Assembly: GCA_964435845.1 (NCBI GenBank)
Contig: CAYTAY010000001.1
Coordinates: forward strand, 153-64,152
Reading direction: 5' to 3'
DNA length: 64,000 nt
DNA from: an uncultured Azoarcus sp.
GTDB lineage: Bacteria; Pseudomonadota; Gammaproteobacteria; Burkholderiales; Rhodocyclaceae
In this document: piece by piece, positions 9,480 to 21,424 of the stretch
How positions within the stretch are numbered: position 1 is the first letter of the stretch
Layout of the letters: each line of letters begins with the position of its first letter
Notes under the pieces: generated by a model
What the model was told of the DNA's origin: nothing
Databases searched by the model: none
The model's input: only the letters and a program-made list of their open reading frames with translations
Translations under genes and position numbers: made by a program

Positions 9480-10265
9480 TCACTCGACTCGACGACGGAA
9501 CACCAGCCGATCCTCGCCCGAGGCTTGCGGCGCGAAGGCATAGCCCTCCAGGTCGAAACCCTTCAGCGCCTCGACGTCGTCAACCCGGTTCGTGATCGCG
9601 TAGCGGCTCATGAGCCCGCGGGCCCGCTTGGCATAAAAGCTGATGATCTTGTAGCCACCATCCTTCCAGTCTTCGAATACCGGCGTGACGATGCGCCCGT
9701 TGAGCTTTGCCGGCTTGATCGACTTGAAATACTCATCCGACGCGAGATTAACCAGAATCGGAGCCTTGCCTGCCTCTTTTTCCGCCGCCAGCAGCGCGTT
9801 CAAGGCCGCCGTCAGACGCGCGCCCCAGTAGGCATAAAGATTCTTGCCCGCCGGGTTCTCCAGCCGGGTCCCCATTTCGAGACGATAAGCCTGCATCAGG
9901 TCAAGCGGACGCAACAAACCGTAGAGCCCCGACAGAATCCGCAGATGCGTTTGCGCCCAGCTCAGGTCATCCTCGCTGAGCGAGCCGGCATCAAGGCCTT
10001 CGTAGACATCGCCGTTGAAGGCGAAGAGCGCCTGCTTCGCGTTCGCAGTATTGAACGGTCGGGACCAGCTCTCGTAGCGTGCCACGTTGAGCGTGGCGAG
10101 CTGGTCCGACAGGCTCATCAGCTTCGCGACCTCTGCTGGCGACAGGCGACGCATGATGCCGACGAGTCGTTCGGCCTCATCAAGAAAGTCCGGTTGCGTC
10201 CAGCGGCCGGTCGTGGGCGGGGTATCGAAGTCCAGTGCCTTGGCTGGCGAAATGACGAAAATCAT
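9480..10265 (-). CDS. yaaA: Peroxide stress protein YaaA (UPF0246)
   Basis: [51 protein letters not shown]. Confidence 0.95.
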   Translation of the reverse strand: MIFVISPAKALDFDTPPTTGRWTQPDFLDEAERLVGIMRRLSPAEVAKLMSLSDQLATLNVARYESWSRPFNTANAKQALFAFNGDVYEGLDAGSLSEDDLSWAQTHLRILSGLYGLLRPLDLMQAYRLEMGTRLENPAGKNLYAYWGARLTAALNALLAAEKEAGKAPILVNLASDEYFKSIKPAKLNGRIVTPVFEDWKDGGYKIISFYAKRARGLMSRYAITNRVDDVEALKGFDLEGYAFAPQASGEDRLVFRRRVE

Positions 10266-10328
10266 GTGTTATCTACTCTCGCTGTCGGGTGGGGATTGTT
10301 TTCCGAGTTTGCGGCTACCTGCGCGGCA

Positions 10329-10337
10329 ATCTTAGCA
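10329..10337 (-). promoter_or_regulatory. Putative extended -10 promoter for yaaA (TG-C-TAAGAT)
   Basis: TGCTAAGAT on the minus strand, about 65 bp upstream of the yaaA ATG. Confidence 0.4.
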
Positions 10338-10358
10338 AAAACCGCGCACCTGTCAGAA

Positions 10359-11147
10359 TCAGCGGCGGGTGAGCTGTTGACGGTACTGTTCGAACAGACA
10401 AATCGCCGCAGCTGCGCCGACATTGAGCGATTCGCAGCCAGCATTCATCGGAATCGTCAGGACACGTTCGGCCCGAGCGAAAAGGCCCTCGGACAAGCCC
10501 TCTCCCTCGGCACCAAAGAGCCAGGCAACGTCGTGGCCTAGGTCGGTCTCGAAAATCGAGTGGGCCCGAGGTAGCAGACCAGTGGCAATCACCTCGCCGC
10601 TGAAGCTTTCCAGTGCCACCAATGCGTCTACCTGCTCACGAATCGGCAGGACAAAATGGGCGCCCATCGCGGCGCGAAGCACCTTTGGGGACCACGCCTG
10701 TGCACAGCCTGGTGTCAGTAATGCCTGCCCGACGCCAGCGGCTGCCGCGGTGCGCAAAAGCGTGCCCAGGTTGCCCGGATCCTGAATCCGGTCGAGTACC
10801 AGCCAGTTGCGCTTGACCGGCGTCTGTGAGGCCTGCAGCGGCGCCATCACTGCCAGCACGCCGCTTGGCGAATCCACCGGGCTGGCTCGAGCGAATACGC
10901 TGTCCGAGACCGAGAAGACGTCGACATTAGCCGCGCGATGTCGCAGCAACGCTTCGATCTCTGGCCGTGCTAGACCCATGTCGGACACCCAGACCTCCAC
11001 CAGATCGACCCCAGCGTCGAGTGCGGCACGCAACAAGTGCGGGCCGTCGAGCACGGTAAGTCCATGCTGACGTCGGTCCCTGGCTGAATGGGACAGTCCG
11101 CGCAAGCGTTTCAGCCTCGGGTTGTCGCGCGAAGTGACTACCTCCAT
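10359..11147 (-). CDS. TrmH/SpoU family RNA methyltransferase
   Basis: LDRIQDPGNLGTLLRTA, RAAMGAHF, FGAEGEGL, IPM..ESLNV (SPOUT motifs). Start trimmed to MEVVTSRDNP. Confidence 0.92.
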   Translation of the reverse strand: MEVVTSRDNPRLKRLRGLSHSARDRRQHGLTVLDGPHLLRAALDAGVDLVEVWVSDMGLARPEIEALLRHRAANVDVFSVSDSVFARASPVDSPSGVLAVMAPLQASQTPVKRNWLVLDRIQDPGNLGTLLRTAAAAGVGQALLTPGCAQAWSPKVLRAAMGAHFVLPIREQVDALVALESFSGEVIATGLLPRAHSIFETDLGHDVAWLFGAEGEGLSEGLFARAERVLTIPMNAGCESLNVGAAAAICLFEQYRQQLTRR

Positions 11148-11151
11148 CGCG

Positions 11152-11757
11152 CTAAGGCTCTGGCCAGAGTTCAGTCTGGGAAAGCAGCGCCCGAACCGGC
11201 CCAAAGCTGCGCCGATAGCAAGGCAGCACGCCATGGCGTTTCAGGGCATCGAGATGTGCCGCGGTTGGATAGCCTTTGTGGCGGGCGAACCCGTAGGCGG
11301 GATAGCGCGCATCCAGGGCGAGCATGGCTTCGTCTCGAACGGTCTTCGCCAGAATTGAAGCGGCCGAAATCGCCTCGACGGTCGCATCACCCTTGACAAT
11401 GGCCTCCACTGGAATGGACAGGGCTGGGCAGCGATTACCGTCGACCTGAGCGCGCTCGGGCGCCGGGGATAGACCCTGGACCGCCCGTTTCATCGCGAGC
11501 ATGGTCGCATGCAGGATATTGAGCCTGTCGATTTCCGCTACGCTCGCTTCAGCCACCGACCAGGCAATGGCATGGCTTCGAATCTGAGACGCCAGATGTT
11601 GCCGGCGGGCTGCGCTGAGTTTTTTAGAGTCGGCCAAACCGGGAATCGGCCTAAGCGGGTCGAGTATCACCGCGGCAGCCACAACCGAGCCACAGAGCGG
11701 CCCTCTGCCCGCCTCATCGACGCCGCAGACGAGTGGCGACTGGAGGATGTGAGTCAT
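11152..11757 (-). CDS. rnhB: Ribonuclease HII
   Basis: [32 protein letters not shown]. Follows lpxB as is canonical. Confidence 0.96.
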   Translation of the reverse strand: MTHILQSPLVCGVDEAGRGPLCGSVVAAAVILDPLRPIPGLADSKKLSAARRQHLASQIRSHAIAWSVAEASVAEIDRLNILHATMLAMKRAVQGLSPAPERAQVDGNRCPALSIPVEAIVKGDATVEAISAASILAKTVRDEAMLALDARYPAYGFARHKGYPTAAHLDALKRHGVLPCYRRSFGPVRALLSQTELWPEP

Positions 11758-12914
11758 GGTGAAGTGGCCTGTTCGACCGGAAGACAGGACAGGATCGTTC
11801 GTGCCGCCTTGCCCGCAGTGTCCTGACGCAGTTCCAGGTGTAAATCGGTGAAACGACTCGCCAGTGCAACTCGCTCCTGTGGGTGCCTCAGCCACCAGTC
11901 GAGTGCGTCAGCGAGTGCCTGAGGCGTGGCTGCATCCTGCAAGAGCTCGGGCACGACACGCTCGCCGCACAGAATGTTGGGCAGTCCGACCCAGGGCAGA
12001 TAAGCCATGTGTCGCATCAATCGATACTGCCACTTGCCGATGCGATAACTGATGACCATCGGGCGTTTCAGCAGAGCGGCTTCGAGCGACGCGGTCCCGC
12101 TAGCAACAAGCACCACGTCGGCGGCCGTCATCGCCTCGGTTGCATGGCCGAAAAGAATGCGGATCTTTTCGGGTGCAACCTGGGAGTCGCGCATCGCCTG
12201 TTCGAACAGCAGGCGGGTTTCACGTGTAGCGAGCGGTACGATGAACCGCGCCTCGGGTCTGCGTTGCCCGAGCAGCATTGCGGCATCGATGAACAGTCGC
12301 CCGAGGTTGCGTACCTCGGACTCACGGCTGCCGGGCAACATGGCGATCACAGGCCGGTGTGGCGCGATCTGGAGCTTCAGGCGTGCGGCCTGCCGATCCG
12401 GCTCCAGCGGAAAGACATCGGCCAGCGGATGGCCGACGTAGGTGGCGGGCACGCCGGCGCGTTCGTAGATTTCGGGCTCGAAGGGGAACAGACACAACAT
12501 GTGGCTGACCGAACGTGCAATGTTCTTGATGCGGCCACCCCGCCAGGCCCAGACGGAAGGACTCACGAAGTGAATCGCCGGCACGCCAGCCTGTTTCACC
12601 CGTTGCTCCAGCCAAAGATTGAAGTCCGGGGCATCGATACCAACGAAAACCGTGGGCGGTGCCTCGCTCATGCGGACCAGCATATTGCGCCGGATGCTCG
12701 ACAACTCTCGATAGCGCTTCAGGGCATCGACATAGCCATGGACCGCGAGCCTTTGGCAATCCCACCAGACCTCGAAACCCTCGGCTTGCATGCGCGGCCC
12801 ACCGATGCCGAAGAACTCGGCATCCGGCAAGTGCTGGCGCAGTGCCCGGATGAGATGTGCGGCAAGCAAGTCGCCGGAGGTTTCCCCCGCGACCATCGCA
12901 ATGCGAATCTTCAT
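11754..12914 (-). CDS. lpxB: Lipid-A-disaccharide synthase
   Basis: [39 protein letters not shown]. Start trimmed to MKIRIAMV. Confidence 0.96.
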   Translation of the reverse strand: MKIRIAMVAGETSGDLLAAHLIRALRQHLPDAEFFGIGGPRMQAEGFEVWWDCQRLAVHGYVDALKRYRELSSIRRNMLVRMSEAPPTVFVGIDAPDFNLWLEQRVKQAGVPAIHFVSPSVWAWRGGRIKNIARSVSHMLCLFPFEPEIYERAGVPATYVGHPLADVFPLEPDRQAARLKLQIAPHRPVIAMLPGSRESEVRNLGRLFIDAAMLLGQRRPEARFIVPLATRETRLLFEQAMRDSQVAPEKIRILFGHATEAMTAADVVLVASGTASLEAALLKRPMVISYRIGKWQYRLMRHMAYLPWVGLPNILCGERVVPELLQDAATPQALADALDWWLRHPQERVALASRFTDLHLELRQDTAGKAARTILSCLPVEQATSP

Positions 12915-12933
12915 GGCGGCTTGGGCGGCGAGT

Positions 12934-13707
12934 TCAGCGGACGATACCGCGTCGGGAATCCGCGATAAAATCGGCCAGCGGCACCACCTCGGGCTGGGAC
13001 GCTGCGAGCGCTTCAATGGCTTGCCGCGCGTCCTCCAGTGATAGACTGGATCTGTAGAGCAGACGATAGGCGTGTTTGACCGCCGCAATCGCTGGCGCGC
13101 TGAAGCCGCGCCGACGCAGGCCTTCGGAGTTGATGCCGTGCGGTCTGGCCGGATTGCCCGCGACGGTCACATACGGAGGCAGGTCCTGAAGAAGGACCGT
13201 GCCAACACCGCAGAAAGCATGCGCGCCCACCCGAGTGAACTGATGAACGCCTGTAAACCCGCCCAGAATAGCCCAGTCCCCAATGCTGACATGACCTGCC
13301 AGGGTTGCGTTGTTGGCAAAGATCGTATTGTCGCCAACCATACAGTCGTGGGCGATGTGAACGTAGGCCATGATCCAGTTGTCGTTGCCGATGCGCGTCA
13401 CGCCAGCATCCTGCGGCGTACCGACATTGAACGAGCAGTATTCCCGCGCTGTGTTGCGATCACCAATCTCGAGCCGGGTCGGCTCACCAGCGTATTTCTT
13501 GTCCTGGGGCGCTGCGCCTATGGAACAGAACTGGAAGAACCTGTTTTCGCGACCGATCCGCGTGTGCCCTTCGATCACGACGTGGGGGCCGATCCAGGAA
13601 TCGTCGCCGATTTCCACATGTTTGCCGATGATCGAATAGGCGCCGATCTCGACATTGCTGCCGAGCCGTGCTCCAGGATGCACGATAGCGGTTGGATGAA
13701 TCGTCAT
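12934..13707 (-). CDS. lpxA: UDP-N-acetylglucosamine O-acyltransferase
   Basis: IHPTAIVH hexapeptide repeats, [24 protein letters not shown]. Confidence 0.96.
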   Translation of the reverse strand: MTIHPTAIVHPGARLGSNVEIGAYSIIGKHVEIGDDSWIGPHVVIEGHTRIGRENRFFQFCSIGAAPQDKKYAGEPTRLEIGDRNTAREYCSFNVGTPQDAGVTRIGNDNWIMAYVHIAHDCMVGDNTIFANNATLAGHVSIGDWAILGGFTGVHQFTRVGAHAFCGVGTVLLQDLPPYVTVAGNPARPHGINSEGLRRRGFSAPAIAAVKHAYRLLYRSSLSLEDARQAIEALAASQPEVVPLADFIADSRRGIVR

Positions 13708-14138
13708 TTTGTCTTGAGCGCGCACATGAGTTCGGCCTCGGTGGCCAACTGACCGTCTACCCGGGCGATGCCTTTGTATTTGTAGATGTTGCGTTTGCTT
13801 TGAAGGATTTCGACTTCGAATACCAACTGATCGCCGGGCACGACCTGACGCTTGAAGCGGACATTGTCGATGCCGGCGAACAAGACCACCGAGTTTTCGT
13901 CAGGTTTCACGCCCATTGATTTGAACGAGAGCAAGGCTGCGACCTGGGCCATGGCCTCGACAATGAGCACGCCCGGCATCACCGGGTGCCCTGGAAAGTG
14001 CCCCGGGAAGAACGGTTCGTTGATGGTGACGTTCTTGATCGCAACGATGCGCTTGCCCTCCTCGATTTCGATTACCCGATCCACGAGGAGAAACGGGTAG
14101 CGGTGCGGGAGATAGCCCAGAATTTCGTTGATGTCCAT
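13704..14138 (-). CDS. fabZ: 3-hydroxyacyl-ACP dehydratase
   Basis: [30 protein letters not shown]. Confidence 0.97.
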   Translation of the reverse strand: MDINEILGYLPHRYPFLLVDRVIEIEEGKRIVAIKNVTINEPFFPGHFPGHPVMPGVLIVEAMAQVAALLSFKSMGVKPDENSVVLFAGIDNVRFKRQVVPGDQLVFEVEILQSKRNIYKYKGIARVDGQLATEAELMCALKTK

Positions 14139-15167
14139 TTACGGCTTTGCCTTGTCTTTGGTCTTGGCTGATTGTTCAAGCGAGCGCACACGCTCGGACA
14201 ACGCGTTGAGGTGGCGCAGATGAGCAAAGTTTCGAACCCACTCGGAGTGCGGCTGGACCGGCAGACTCGCGGTGTACACGCCGGGTTTGCGAATCGATTT
14301 GGATACCAGCGTTCCTGCTGAAACGATGACGTCATCGCAGATTTCGAGGTGCCCGATGATGCCAGCCTGGCCACCGATCATGCAGCGGCGACCGATGTGG
14401 GTGCTGCCGGCAATGCCCACACAGCCGGCGATTGCCGTGTGCTCCCCAATACGTACGTTGTGTGCGATCTGTATCTGATTGTCAAGCTTGACACCGTTTT
14501 CGATCACCGTATCGTCCATGGCGCCGCGATCTATGGTGGTGTTGGCGCCGACTTCAACTTCGGATCCGATTACGACCCGTCCGGTTTGCGGAATCTTGAC
14601 CCAGGCGCCGTCCTTCTGTCGGGCGAAACCAAAACCGTCCGCACCGATGACGGCTCCGGAATGAATGATGCAGCGCTCACCGAGCACACAATCGTGGTAG
14701 ATCGTGGCGCGAGGATGGATGACGGTGCCTGCGCCGATCTGGCAACCGGACCCAACCGAAGCTCCCGCGCCGAGGATGACATCCTCGTCGATCCGGGCGC
14801 CCTCGCCCACGAACACACCCGGACCCACGCTGACGCTCGCTGCGACTGTTCCGAGAACCGTCGCCGAGAGATGCACGCCTGCGGGCGGGCGTGTGGGAGG
14901 GGTCAACAGAGACGCCACCCTGGCGAAATAAAGATAAGGATCACTGGCGACGATACGCGGCAGGTCAGTCATGTCGCGCATAGCGGGGCCGAGGATGACG
15001 GCACTGGCCTTGCAGGCCCCGAGTTGTGGCACGTATTTCGGATTGGCCAGAAAGGCGATGTCGCCGTTGCCGGCGACATCCAGGGGGGCGACCCGACCGA
15101 CAAGCGTGCCGCCGTCTCCGCAGATTTCTCCCCCGAAACGGGTGGCCAGGTCGTCCAGTCGGTACAT
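14139..15167 (-). CDS. lpxD: UDP-3-O-acyl-glucosamine N-acyltransferase
   Basis: Hexapeptide repeats, IGADGFG, GANTTIDRG, KLDNQIQIAHN. Confidence 0.96.
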   Translation of the reverse strand: MYRLDDLATRFGGEICGDGGTLVGRVAPLDVAGNGDIAFLANPKYVPQLGACKASAVILGPAMRDMTDLPRIVASDPYLYFARVASLLTPPTRPPAGVHLSATVLGTVAASVSVGPGVFVGEGARIDEDVILGAGASVGSGCQIGAGTVIHPRATIYHDCVLGERCIIHSGAVIGADGFGFARQKDGAWVKIPQTGRVVIGSEVEVGANTTIDRGAMDDTVIENGVKLDNQIQIAHNVRIGEHTAIAGCVGIAGSTHIGRRCMIGGQAGIIGHLEICDDVIVSAGTLVSKSIRKPGVYTASLPVQPHSEWVRNFAHLRHLNALSERVRSLEQSAKTKDKAKP

Positions 15168-15176
15168 CTCGCGGTG

Positions 15177-15692
15177 TCAGCGACCGTTGGTGAGCATCTG
15201 AATGACTTTGTCGGTGATGTCGATGCGCGGACTCGCGAAAACGGCTTCCTGCAGAATCACGTCGTACTGCTCACGCTCCGCGACCTGCTTGATGGCGGCA
15301 TTCGCCTGATCGAGCACCGCGGCGAGTTCTTCGTTGCGGCGTTGATTGAGATCCTCGCGGAACTCGCGTTGCTTGCGCTGGAAATCGCGGCTCAGGTCGT
15401 TGAACGCGCGCTCTTTGGTGCGTCGCTCGGCCTCGGCCATGGTCAGCGCATTGCGCTCGAGTTCGTCCTGCATGGTTGCGAGCTCGCTAGCCATGCGTTC
15501 GAGTTCCTGGTCGCGGCGCTCGAACTCTCGCTCCAGGCGCTGCTGGGCCCGCATGGCAGGCGCGGCCTCGCGCATGAGCCGGTCGGAATCGACAAAACCG
15601 ATCTTGCTCTGCGCCAACGCCGACTCGGCACCGAAGCCGATAAGCGCAACCAGGAGAACGGGAAGGAGACGGGCTTTCACTAAAACCTCCAT
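15177..15692 (-). CDS. skp: Periplasmic chaperone Skp/OmpH
   Basis: Signal peptide, KIGFVD, long coiled coil, DITDKV. Located between bamA and lpxD. Confidence 0.92.
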   Translation of the reverse strand: MEVLVKARLLPVLLVALIGFGAESALAQSKIGFVDSDRLMREAAPAMRAQQRLEREFERRDQELERMASELATMQDELERNALTMAEAERRTKERAFNDLSRDFQRKQREFREDLNQRRNEELAAVLDQANAAIKQVAEREQYDVILQEAVFASPRIDITDKVIQMLTNGR

Positions 15693-15715
15693 GGGATACG
15701 GAATGTTGGCTGCGA

Positions 15716-18028
15716 TCAGAAGACCGTGCCGAGTTGGAACTGGAACCGCTGGGTATCGTCACCCGACTTCTTGTTCAGCGGCTGGGCCACGCTGAACTTC
15801 AGCGGGCCGATCGGCGAACTCCAGGATACGCCGACGCCAGTACTGTAGCGCATATCGCCGAGCTTGAGCTGTTGGTTTTCTCCCCACACATTACCGCCGT
15901 CCAGGAAGACCGACATGCGGAACGAGCGATCCATCCCCGAGCCTGGCAGCGGGAAATAGTACTCGGCGTTCAGCACGAGTCGGCGGTTACCGCCGAGCGA
16001 ATCGTTATCGTCGTCGCTACGCGGACCGAGCGAACCCTCTTCGAAGCCCCTCACCGAACCGATGCCGCCAGCGTAGAAGTTTCGGTAGAACGGCAGGGTC
16101 TTGCCGCCATAACCCTTGCCGTAGGCGATCTCGCCGTTGAGCATCAAGGCCTCTTCCCGGCGAATCGGGAACCAGTGCTGGTACTGGTAGGTTGCCCGCG
16201 CATAACGCAGCTTGCCCGGCGGGACCGCGGCGTCAATGAAGATCCGCTGAAAGTTACCCGAACGGGGGTAAATGAAACTGTCCCGTGTGTCGCGCGCCCA
16301 GCCCGCGGAAGCAACGAGACTGTTCACAGTGACCGAGCCGACCCCTGCCGGACCGCTGCAGCCGTACTCGCTACAGAAGTCTTTGTATTCGATTGGGCTG
16401 TCGTTGAAGGTCGTGATGCGAGTACGGTCCACGGCCAGACCAAAGTTGATCGCATCATCCTCGCCGATCGGGTAGCCGAGACGCAGGCCGGCACCGGTCG
16501 AAACCTGCTTGTAGCGGGCGATCGTCGAAACTTCGGACGGATCGAAGGTCCGATGGTAGACATCGTAGCCCAGACTGACGCCATCGATCGTGTAGTAGGG
16601 ATCCGTGAACGAGAGCGAGAACGTGCGCCCCGACTTGGATGTGTTCAGGCCGAGGCCAAGTGACTTGCCGCTTCCGAAGAGGTTTTCCTGGGACACCGAA
16701 CCCGAGAGCACGACCTTCTCTGCGCTCGAGAAGCCGGCGCCAAGCATCAGGTTTCCGGTGGGACGCTCCTTCACGGTGAAGTTAACGTCAACCTGGTCGG
16801 TGGTGCCCGGCACTGCCGGCGTTTGAACGCTCACATCATCGAAGTAGCCGAGCCGGTCAACACGGCTGCGCGAACGATTGATCTTGGCCGCGTCGTACCA
16901 GCCGCCTTCCATTTGGCGCATCTCGCGGCGTATGACTTCGTCTCGCGTCTTGACGTTACCGCCAATATTGATCCGGCGTACATATACGCGCCGACCTGGA
17001 TCGACGAAAATCGTGAAGGCCACTTCGCGGTTTTCGGTATCCACTTCGGGAGCCGCGTTGACGTTGGCGAATGCGTAGCCTTCATTACCGAGGCGATCCA
17101 TCACGGCCGCCGTGGTGCGGGTGAGCTTCTCTCGCGAGAAGATGTCGCCAGGACGCAGTTCGACGAGTTGCTGGTACGCCTCTTCGGGAATCACCAGGTC
17201 ACCGGTGAAGCGCACCGTTGAAACGGTGTAGACCTCACCTTCCGTGACATTGATCGTAATGTAGATGTCGCGCTTGTCAGGTGTGATGGAAACCTGGGTC
17301 GAATCGATGTTGAAGTCCAGGTAGCCTTGGTCGAGATAAAAGGAGCGCAGGTTTTCGAGATCGGCGGCAAGCTTTTGACGGGAGTACTGGTCGTTCTTGG
17401 TGTACCAGGTCAGCCAGCCAGGGATGCGTAGCTGAAAAAGACCAAGCAGGGTCGAATCCTTGAACGCCTGATTGCCGATGATGCTGATTTGACGGATCTT
17501 CGCAACCGAACCCTCATCCACGGTAAAGTTGATCCCCACCCGGTTACGCTCGAGCGGCGTCACCGTGGTCGTGACCTCGGCAGCGTACTTCCCGCGACTC
17601 AGATATTGACGCTTCAGCTCCTGTTCCGCACGTTCCAGCAAAGCGCGATCGAAGATACGCGCCTCGGCCAGACCGACCTCACGCAAACCGTCCTTGAGCG
17701 CCTTCTGATCGAATTCACGGACCCCCGTGAAGCTGATGTCCGCAATCGCCGGTCGTTCGTCCACCAGGACGACGATCACATCGTCCTCGACCTCGATACG
17801 CACATCGCTGAAGAAACCGGTGGCGAACAGGCCGCGGATGGCGTCTGCCGCCTGCGCTTCGGTGAATGGCTCACCGACCCGCACCGGCAAATAGGAGAAC
17901 ACCGTGCCTGCTTCGGTGCGCTGGATTCCCTCGACCCGAATGTCCTTGACGACGAAGGGCTCGAAGGCAAGTGCGGGTACAGCAACAAAAAGGGCTGTTA
18001 CCAGCCCGCTCAGGAGTTTTCGTTTCAT
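15716..18028 (-). CDS. bamA: Outer membrane protein assembly factor BamA
   Basis: POTRA repeats (DIRVEGIQR, KTRDEVIRRE), VRGF motif, C-terminal FQFQLGTVF. Confidence 0.97.
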   Translation of the reverse strand: MKRKLLSGLVTALFVAVPALAFEPFVVKDIRVEGIQRTEAGTVFSYLPVRVGEPFTEAQAADAIRGLFATGFFSDVRIEVEDDVIVVLVDERPAIADISFTGVREFDQKALKDGLREVGLAEARIFDRALLERAEQELKRQYLSRGKYAAEVTTTVTPLERNRVGINFTVDEGSVAKIRQISIIGNQAFKDSTLLGLFQLRIPGWLTWYTKNDQYSRQKLAADLENLRSFYLDQGYLDFNIDSTQVSITPDKRDIYITINVTEGEVYTVSTVRFTGDLVIPEEAYQQLVELRPGDIFSREKLTRTTAAVMDRLGNEGYAFANVNAAPEVDTENREVAFTIFVDPGRRVYVRRINIGGNVKTRDEVIRREMRQMEGGWYDAAKINRSRSRVDRLGYFDDVSVQTPAVPGTTDQVDVNFTVKERPTGNLMLGAGFSSAEKVVLSGSVSQENLFGSGKSLGLGLNTSKSGRTFSLSFTDPYYTIDGVSLGYDVYHRTFDPSEVSTIARYKQVSTGAGLRLGYPIGEDDAINFGLAVDRTRITTFNDSPIEYKDFCSEYGCSGPAGVGSVTVNSLVASAGWARDTRDSFIYPRSGNFQRIFIDAAVPPGKLRYARATYQYQHWFPIRREEALMLNGEIAYGKGYGGKTLPFYRNFYAGGIGSVRGFEEGSLGPRSDDDNDSLGGNRRLVLNAEYYFPLPGSGMDRSFRMSVFLDGGNVWGENQQLKLGDMRYSTGVGVSWSSPIGPLKFSVAQPLNKKSGDDTQRFQFQLGTVF

Positions 18029-18035
18029 CGAGGGT

Positions 18036-19403
18036 TCAACCAGAAAAAAGCCGCGCGATATCGTTGTAGAAAGCGAACGCCATGAGCATTACAAGGGCGA
18101 CCAGACCCACTTGCTGGCCGATGGCCATCGCCCGCTCGGATACCGGGCCTCCCTTGACGATCTCGATCGTATAATACAGCAAATGTCCGCCATCCAGCAC
18201 CGGGATCGGAAGGAGGTTGAGGACACCGAGGCTGATACTGATGAGGGCGACAAAACCCAGGTAATGAGCCCATCCGAGCTTGGCGGTCTGGCCAGCATAA
18301 TCGGCGATCGTCACCGGTCCGGAGAGGTTCTTCCAGGACACGTCGCCGGTAAACATCCGGCCAATCATCTTGAGCGTCAGCACGCTCGTGTCCCAGGTCT
18401 TGACGGCCGCTTTTGCCAGACTCTCGACCGGGCCATAACGGACGATGGTGAACATCGCCTCGCGTGCTTCCGCTGGCTCCGCTACCGAAATGCCGATTCG
18501 ACCAATGCGCTCCCCGTTGTCTGCAAACGCATCCGGTACGAGTTCGGCGCGGATTTCCCGTCCCTCTCTCGTGACCATCGCATCGATGACCTGCCCTGGG
18601 CGTTCGCGAACATATTCGACCAACTGCAGCCAATTATCGATCGGCTTGGCGTCCAGCGACATGATCCGGTCGCCCGAGCGCAGGCCTGCACGATCCGCGG
18701 CGCTGCCAGGCATCACTTCACCGACGACTGCCGGCACACGCGGCCGCCAGGGGCGCAGGCCGATTTGTTCGATGACATCGGTGCGACCATCGTCGATACG
18801 CACACCGCTGAAATCCAGGCGGCGAAAGGTTTCGACGTTATCGACCGTCCGTACCCTCAGGTCGACCGTCCGCCCGTCAAGCGCATGGCGCAGAAGCGAC
18901 CAGCGCAGTTCGTTCCAGCTTTGGACCGGCTCGCTGGCCACCGACATGACGAGATCCCCGTTCTGCACCCCGCCTCGCTCGGCGATCGTGGCGGATGCCT
19001 CCGTGAGAGCCAGGCGCGGGCGCAACTCTTCGGTGCCGGTGCTGAAGAGACCCCAGTAAAGGACAATGGCCAGAAGGAAATTTGCAAGCGGGCCGGCCGC
19101 GACGATCGCGTATCGGCGCCAGACGCTTTGCGCATTGAATGCCCGCGCGCGGTCCTGAGGTGCGACATCGCCCTCGCGTTCATCGAGCATACGCACGTAG
19201 CCACCAAGCGGAAAAGCCGCTATCACCCACTCGGTTCGGTCGCGCCCGGCGGTCCATTTCACCAGAGGCTTACCAAAACCGATGGAGAAGCGCAGCACCT
19301 TGACTCCGCACCAACGAGCCACCAGGTAGTGCCCCAACTCATGGAAGAAGATGAGTACGCCAAGTGCGAGGGCGAACGGGACGAGGTAATCGAGAAGATT
19401 CAT
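18036..19403 (-). CDS. rseP: RIP zinc metalloprotease RseP
   Basis: [22 protein letters not shown] domains, [11 protein letters not shown]. Start trimmed to MNLLDY. Confidence 0.96.
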   Translation of the reverse strand: MNLLDYLVPFALALGVLIFFHELGHYLVARWCGVKVLRFSIGFGKPLVKWTAGRDRTEWVIAAFPLGGYVRMLDEREGDVAPQDRARAFNAQSVWRRYAIVAAGPLANFLLAIVLYWGLFSTGTEELRPRLALTEASATIAERGGVQNGDLVMSVASEPVQSWNELRWSLLRHALDGRTVDLRVRTVDNVETFRRLDFSGVRIDDGRTDVIEQIGLRPWRPRVPAVVGEVMPGSAADRAGLRSGDRIMSLDAKPIDNWLQLVEYVRERPGQVIDAMVTREGREIRAELVPDAFADNGERIGRIGISVAEPAEAREAMFTIVRYGPVESLAKAAVKTWDTSVLTLKMIGRMFTGDVSWKNLSGPVTIADYAGQTAKLGWAHYLGFVALISISLGVLNLLPIPVLDGGHLLYYTIEIVKGGPVSERAMAIGQQVGLVALVMLMAFAFYNDIARLFSG

Positions 19404-20599
19404 TGAGACTGCCGTTTGTCGATTTCGGAACGGGCGATTGCCCGACTGCGCGCATCCGTGTCGAGCACGGCATCGATGGTTTCGACCGACATGTCCGACG
19501 CGCGTTCCAGCGTGCGTTCGATGATCCCCGGGATGGCGGTATAGCGTAGGCGTTTGTCGAGAAAGGCGGCCACCCCCTCCTCGTTCGCGGCGTTGAGCAC
19601 CGCCCCAGCGGCCCCGCCCTCGCGCAGACAGTCGTAGGCCAGGCGCAGACACGGAAAACGCACCAGATCGGGCGCCTCGAAGTCGAGGCGTCCGATCTGG
19701 AACAAATCCAGTGCGCCGACACCGGCTTCGACACGATCCGGATAGGCAAGCGCGTTCGCAATCGGGGTGCGCATATCGGGATTTCCCAGCTGGGCGATTA
19801 CCGAGCCATCGATGTACTCGACCATCGAGTGGATCACACTCTGCGCGTGCACCACGACGTCGATCCGGTCAGCAGGCGCATTGAACAACCAGTGGGCCTC
19901 GATGACTTCGAGTCCTTTGTTCATCATCGTCGCGGAATCCACCGAGATCTTGCGCCCCATCACCCAGTTCGGATGCGCGCATGCCTGCTCCGGCGTCACG
20001 CTGTGCAACTGCTCAATCGGAGTGATTCGGAATGGACCTCCGGAGGCGGTGAGGAGAATTCGACGTACGCCCGCCCCTTCCGGATCACGATCGTACCCAG
20101 GAGGAAGCGACTGAAAGATTGCATTATGTTCGCTGTCGATAGGCAGCAGCGTGGCGCCGCCGTCCCGTACCGCATCCATGAACAAGGCCCCCGAGAGAAC
20201 GAGCGCTTCCTTGTTCGCCAGCAATATGCGCTTGCCCGCTCGCGCTGCGGCGAGCGTGGGCAGCAAGCCCGCGGCGCCGACGATAGCCGCCATTACGGCA
20301 TCGACTTCGGAATGCGCGGCAACCTCCACGAGACCGTCCACACCATGCATCACGTCGGTCACCAGGCCACGGCTGCGAAGCCGTGCCGACAGGTCGGCGG
20401 CATCCTTTCCCGACTGAACCACCGCGTACTTCGGGACGTGACGTATGCACAGCGCTTCGAGTTGATCAATGCGATTGTTCGCAGTGAGCGCGAATACTTC
20501 GAAGCGGTCGGGGTGCCTGGCGATGACATCGAGCGTGCTGCCGCCGATCGACCCGGTTGCACCGAGCACCGCAATCCGCCGTGGCTTGTTCATCTTCAT
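19400..20599 (-). CDS. dxr: 1-deoxy-D-xylulose-5-phosphate reductoisomerase
   Basis: [45 protein letters not shown]. Confidence 0.97.
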   Translation of the reverse strand: MKMNKPRRIAVLGATGSIGGSTLDVIARHPDRFEVFALTANNRIDQLEALCIRHVPKYAVVQSGKDAADLSARLRSRGLVTDVMHGVDGLVEVAAHSEVDAVMAAIVGAAGLLPTLAAARAGKRILLANKEALVLSGALFMDAVRDGGATLLPIDSEHNAIFQSLPPGYDRDPEGAGVRRILLTASGGPFRITPIEQLHSVTPEQACAHPNWVMGRKISVDSATMMNKGLEVIEAHWLFNAPADRIDVVVHAQSVIHSMVEYIDGSVIAQLGNPDMRTPIANALAYPDRVEAGVGALDLFQIGRLDFEAPDLVRFPCLRLAYDCLREGGAAGAVLNAANEEGVAAFLDKRLRYTAIPGIIERTLERASDMSVETIDAVLDTDARSRAIARSEIDKRQSQ

Positions 20600-20605
20600 G
20601 TCGGC

Positions 20606-21424
20606 TCAGTTCAGCCAGACGAGGATGAGGCCTGCAACCGGCAGGGTGGACGTGAGGCTGTCGATCCGGTCGAGCACACCGCCATGACCCGGCAGCAGCG
20701 TGCCGCTGTCCTTGGCGCCAGCCTTGCGTTTCACGAGCGACTGGAGCAGGTCCCCTATGATGCTGAGGCCAGTGTAGGCTGCAAGAAAAGGGACCAGCCA
20801 GAACAGCGTGATGACGCTAGGAGTTTGCGAAAACATGAGGGTGTAGCCGATGATGCCGACGACCATGACCCCTATCAGCGCACCGAAAACCCCCTCCCAG
20901 GTCTTGCCGGGGCTGACCGATGGTGCCAGCTTGTGCCGGCCGAAGGCGCGACCGGAAAAATAGGCGGCAATATCCGCCACCCAGACCAGCACCAGCGCAA
21001 GCAGCATGAACGTCGCGTCGACAGCCCGAAGTTGAGCCATGGCCAGTGCGGCAGGAACCAGCACGACGATGCCGACGAGCATTGCCGCATGGGCTCCGAC
21101 CCCCCAGCCTCGGCGCAGCCACATCGGCACGAAGACGAACCACAGCACGATGCTCGACAGATAGGCGAGAACCAGAATCCAGGTCTGTCCTGCAAAGCCA
21201 CCCAGGCCGCCTCCGAAACCGAGCGCGAGGACCAACGCGCCAGCGCCCAGCGCATAGCCCGCCCTTGTTGCGTCGCCCTGCTCGGTCAGCCCGCCCCACT
21301 CCCATGCACCGACTGTGCAGATCAGCGACACCAGGCCGAGCCAGGCCCATTGTGGAAACCACAGCAGAGCAACCAACAGGCCCGTGACCAGCGCAAGCGC
21401 GGTGATGACGCGCTGCTTAAGCAT
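20606..21424 (-). CDS. cdsA: Phosphatidate cytidylyltransferase
   Basis: Multi-TM protein with SPGKTWEG and [18 protein letters not shown]. Confidence 0.95.
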   Translation of the reverse strand: MLKQRVITALALVTGLLVALLWFPQWAWLGLVSLICTVGAWEWGGLTEQGDATRAGYALGAGALVLALGFGGGLGGFAGQTWILVLAYLSSIVLWFVFVPMWLRRGWGVGAHAAMLVGIVVLVPAALAMAQLRAVDATFMLLALVLVWVADIAAYFSGRAFGRHKLAPSVSPGKTWEGVFGALIGVMVVGIIGYTLMFSQTPSVITLFWLVPFLAAYTGLSIIGDLLQSLVKRKAGAKDSGTLLPGHGGVLDRIDSLTSTLPVAGLILVWLN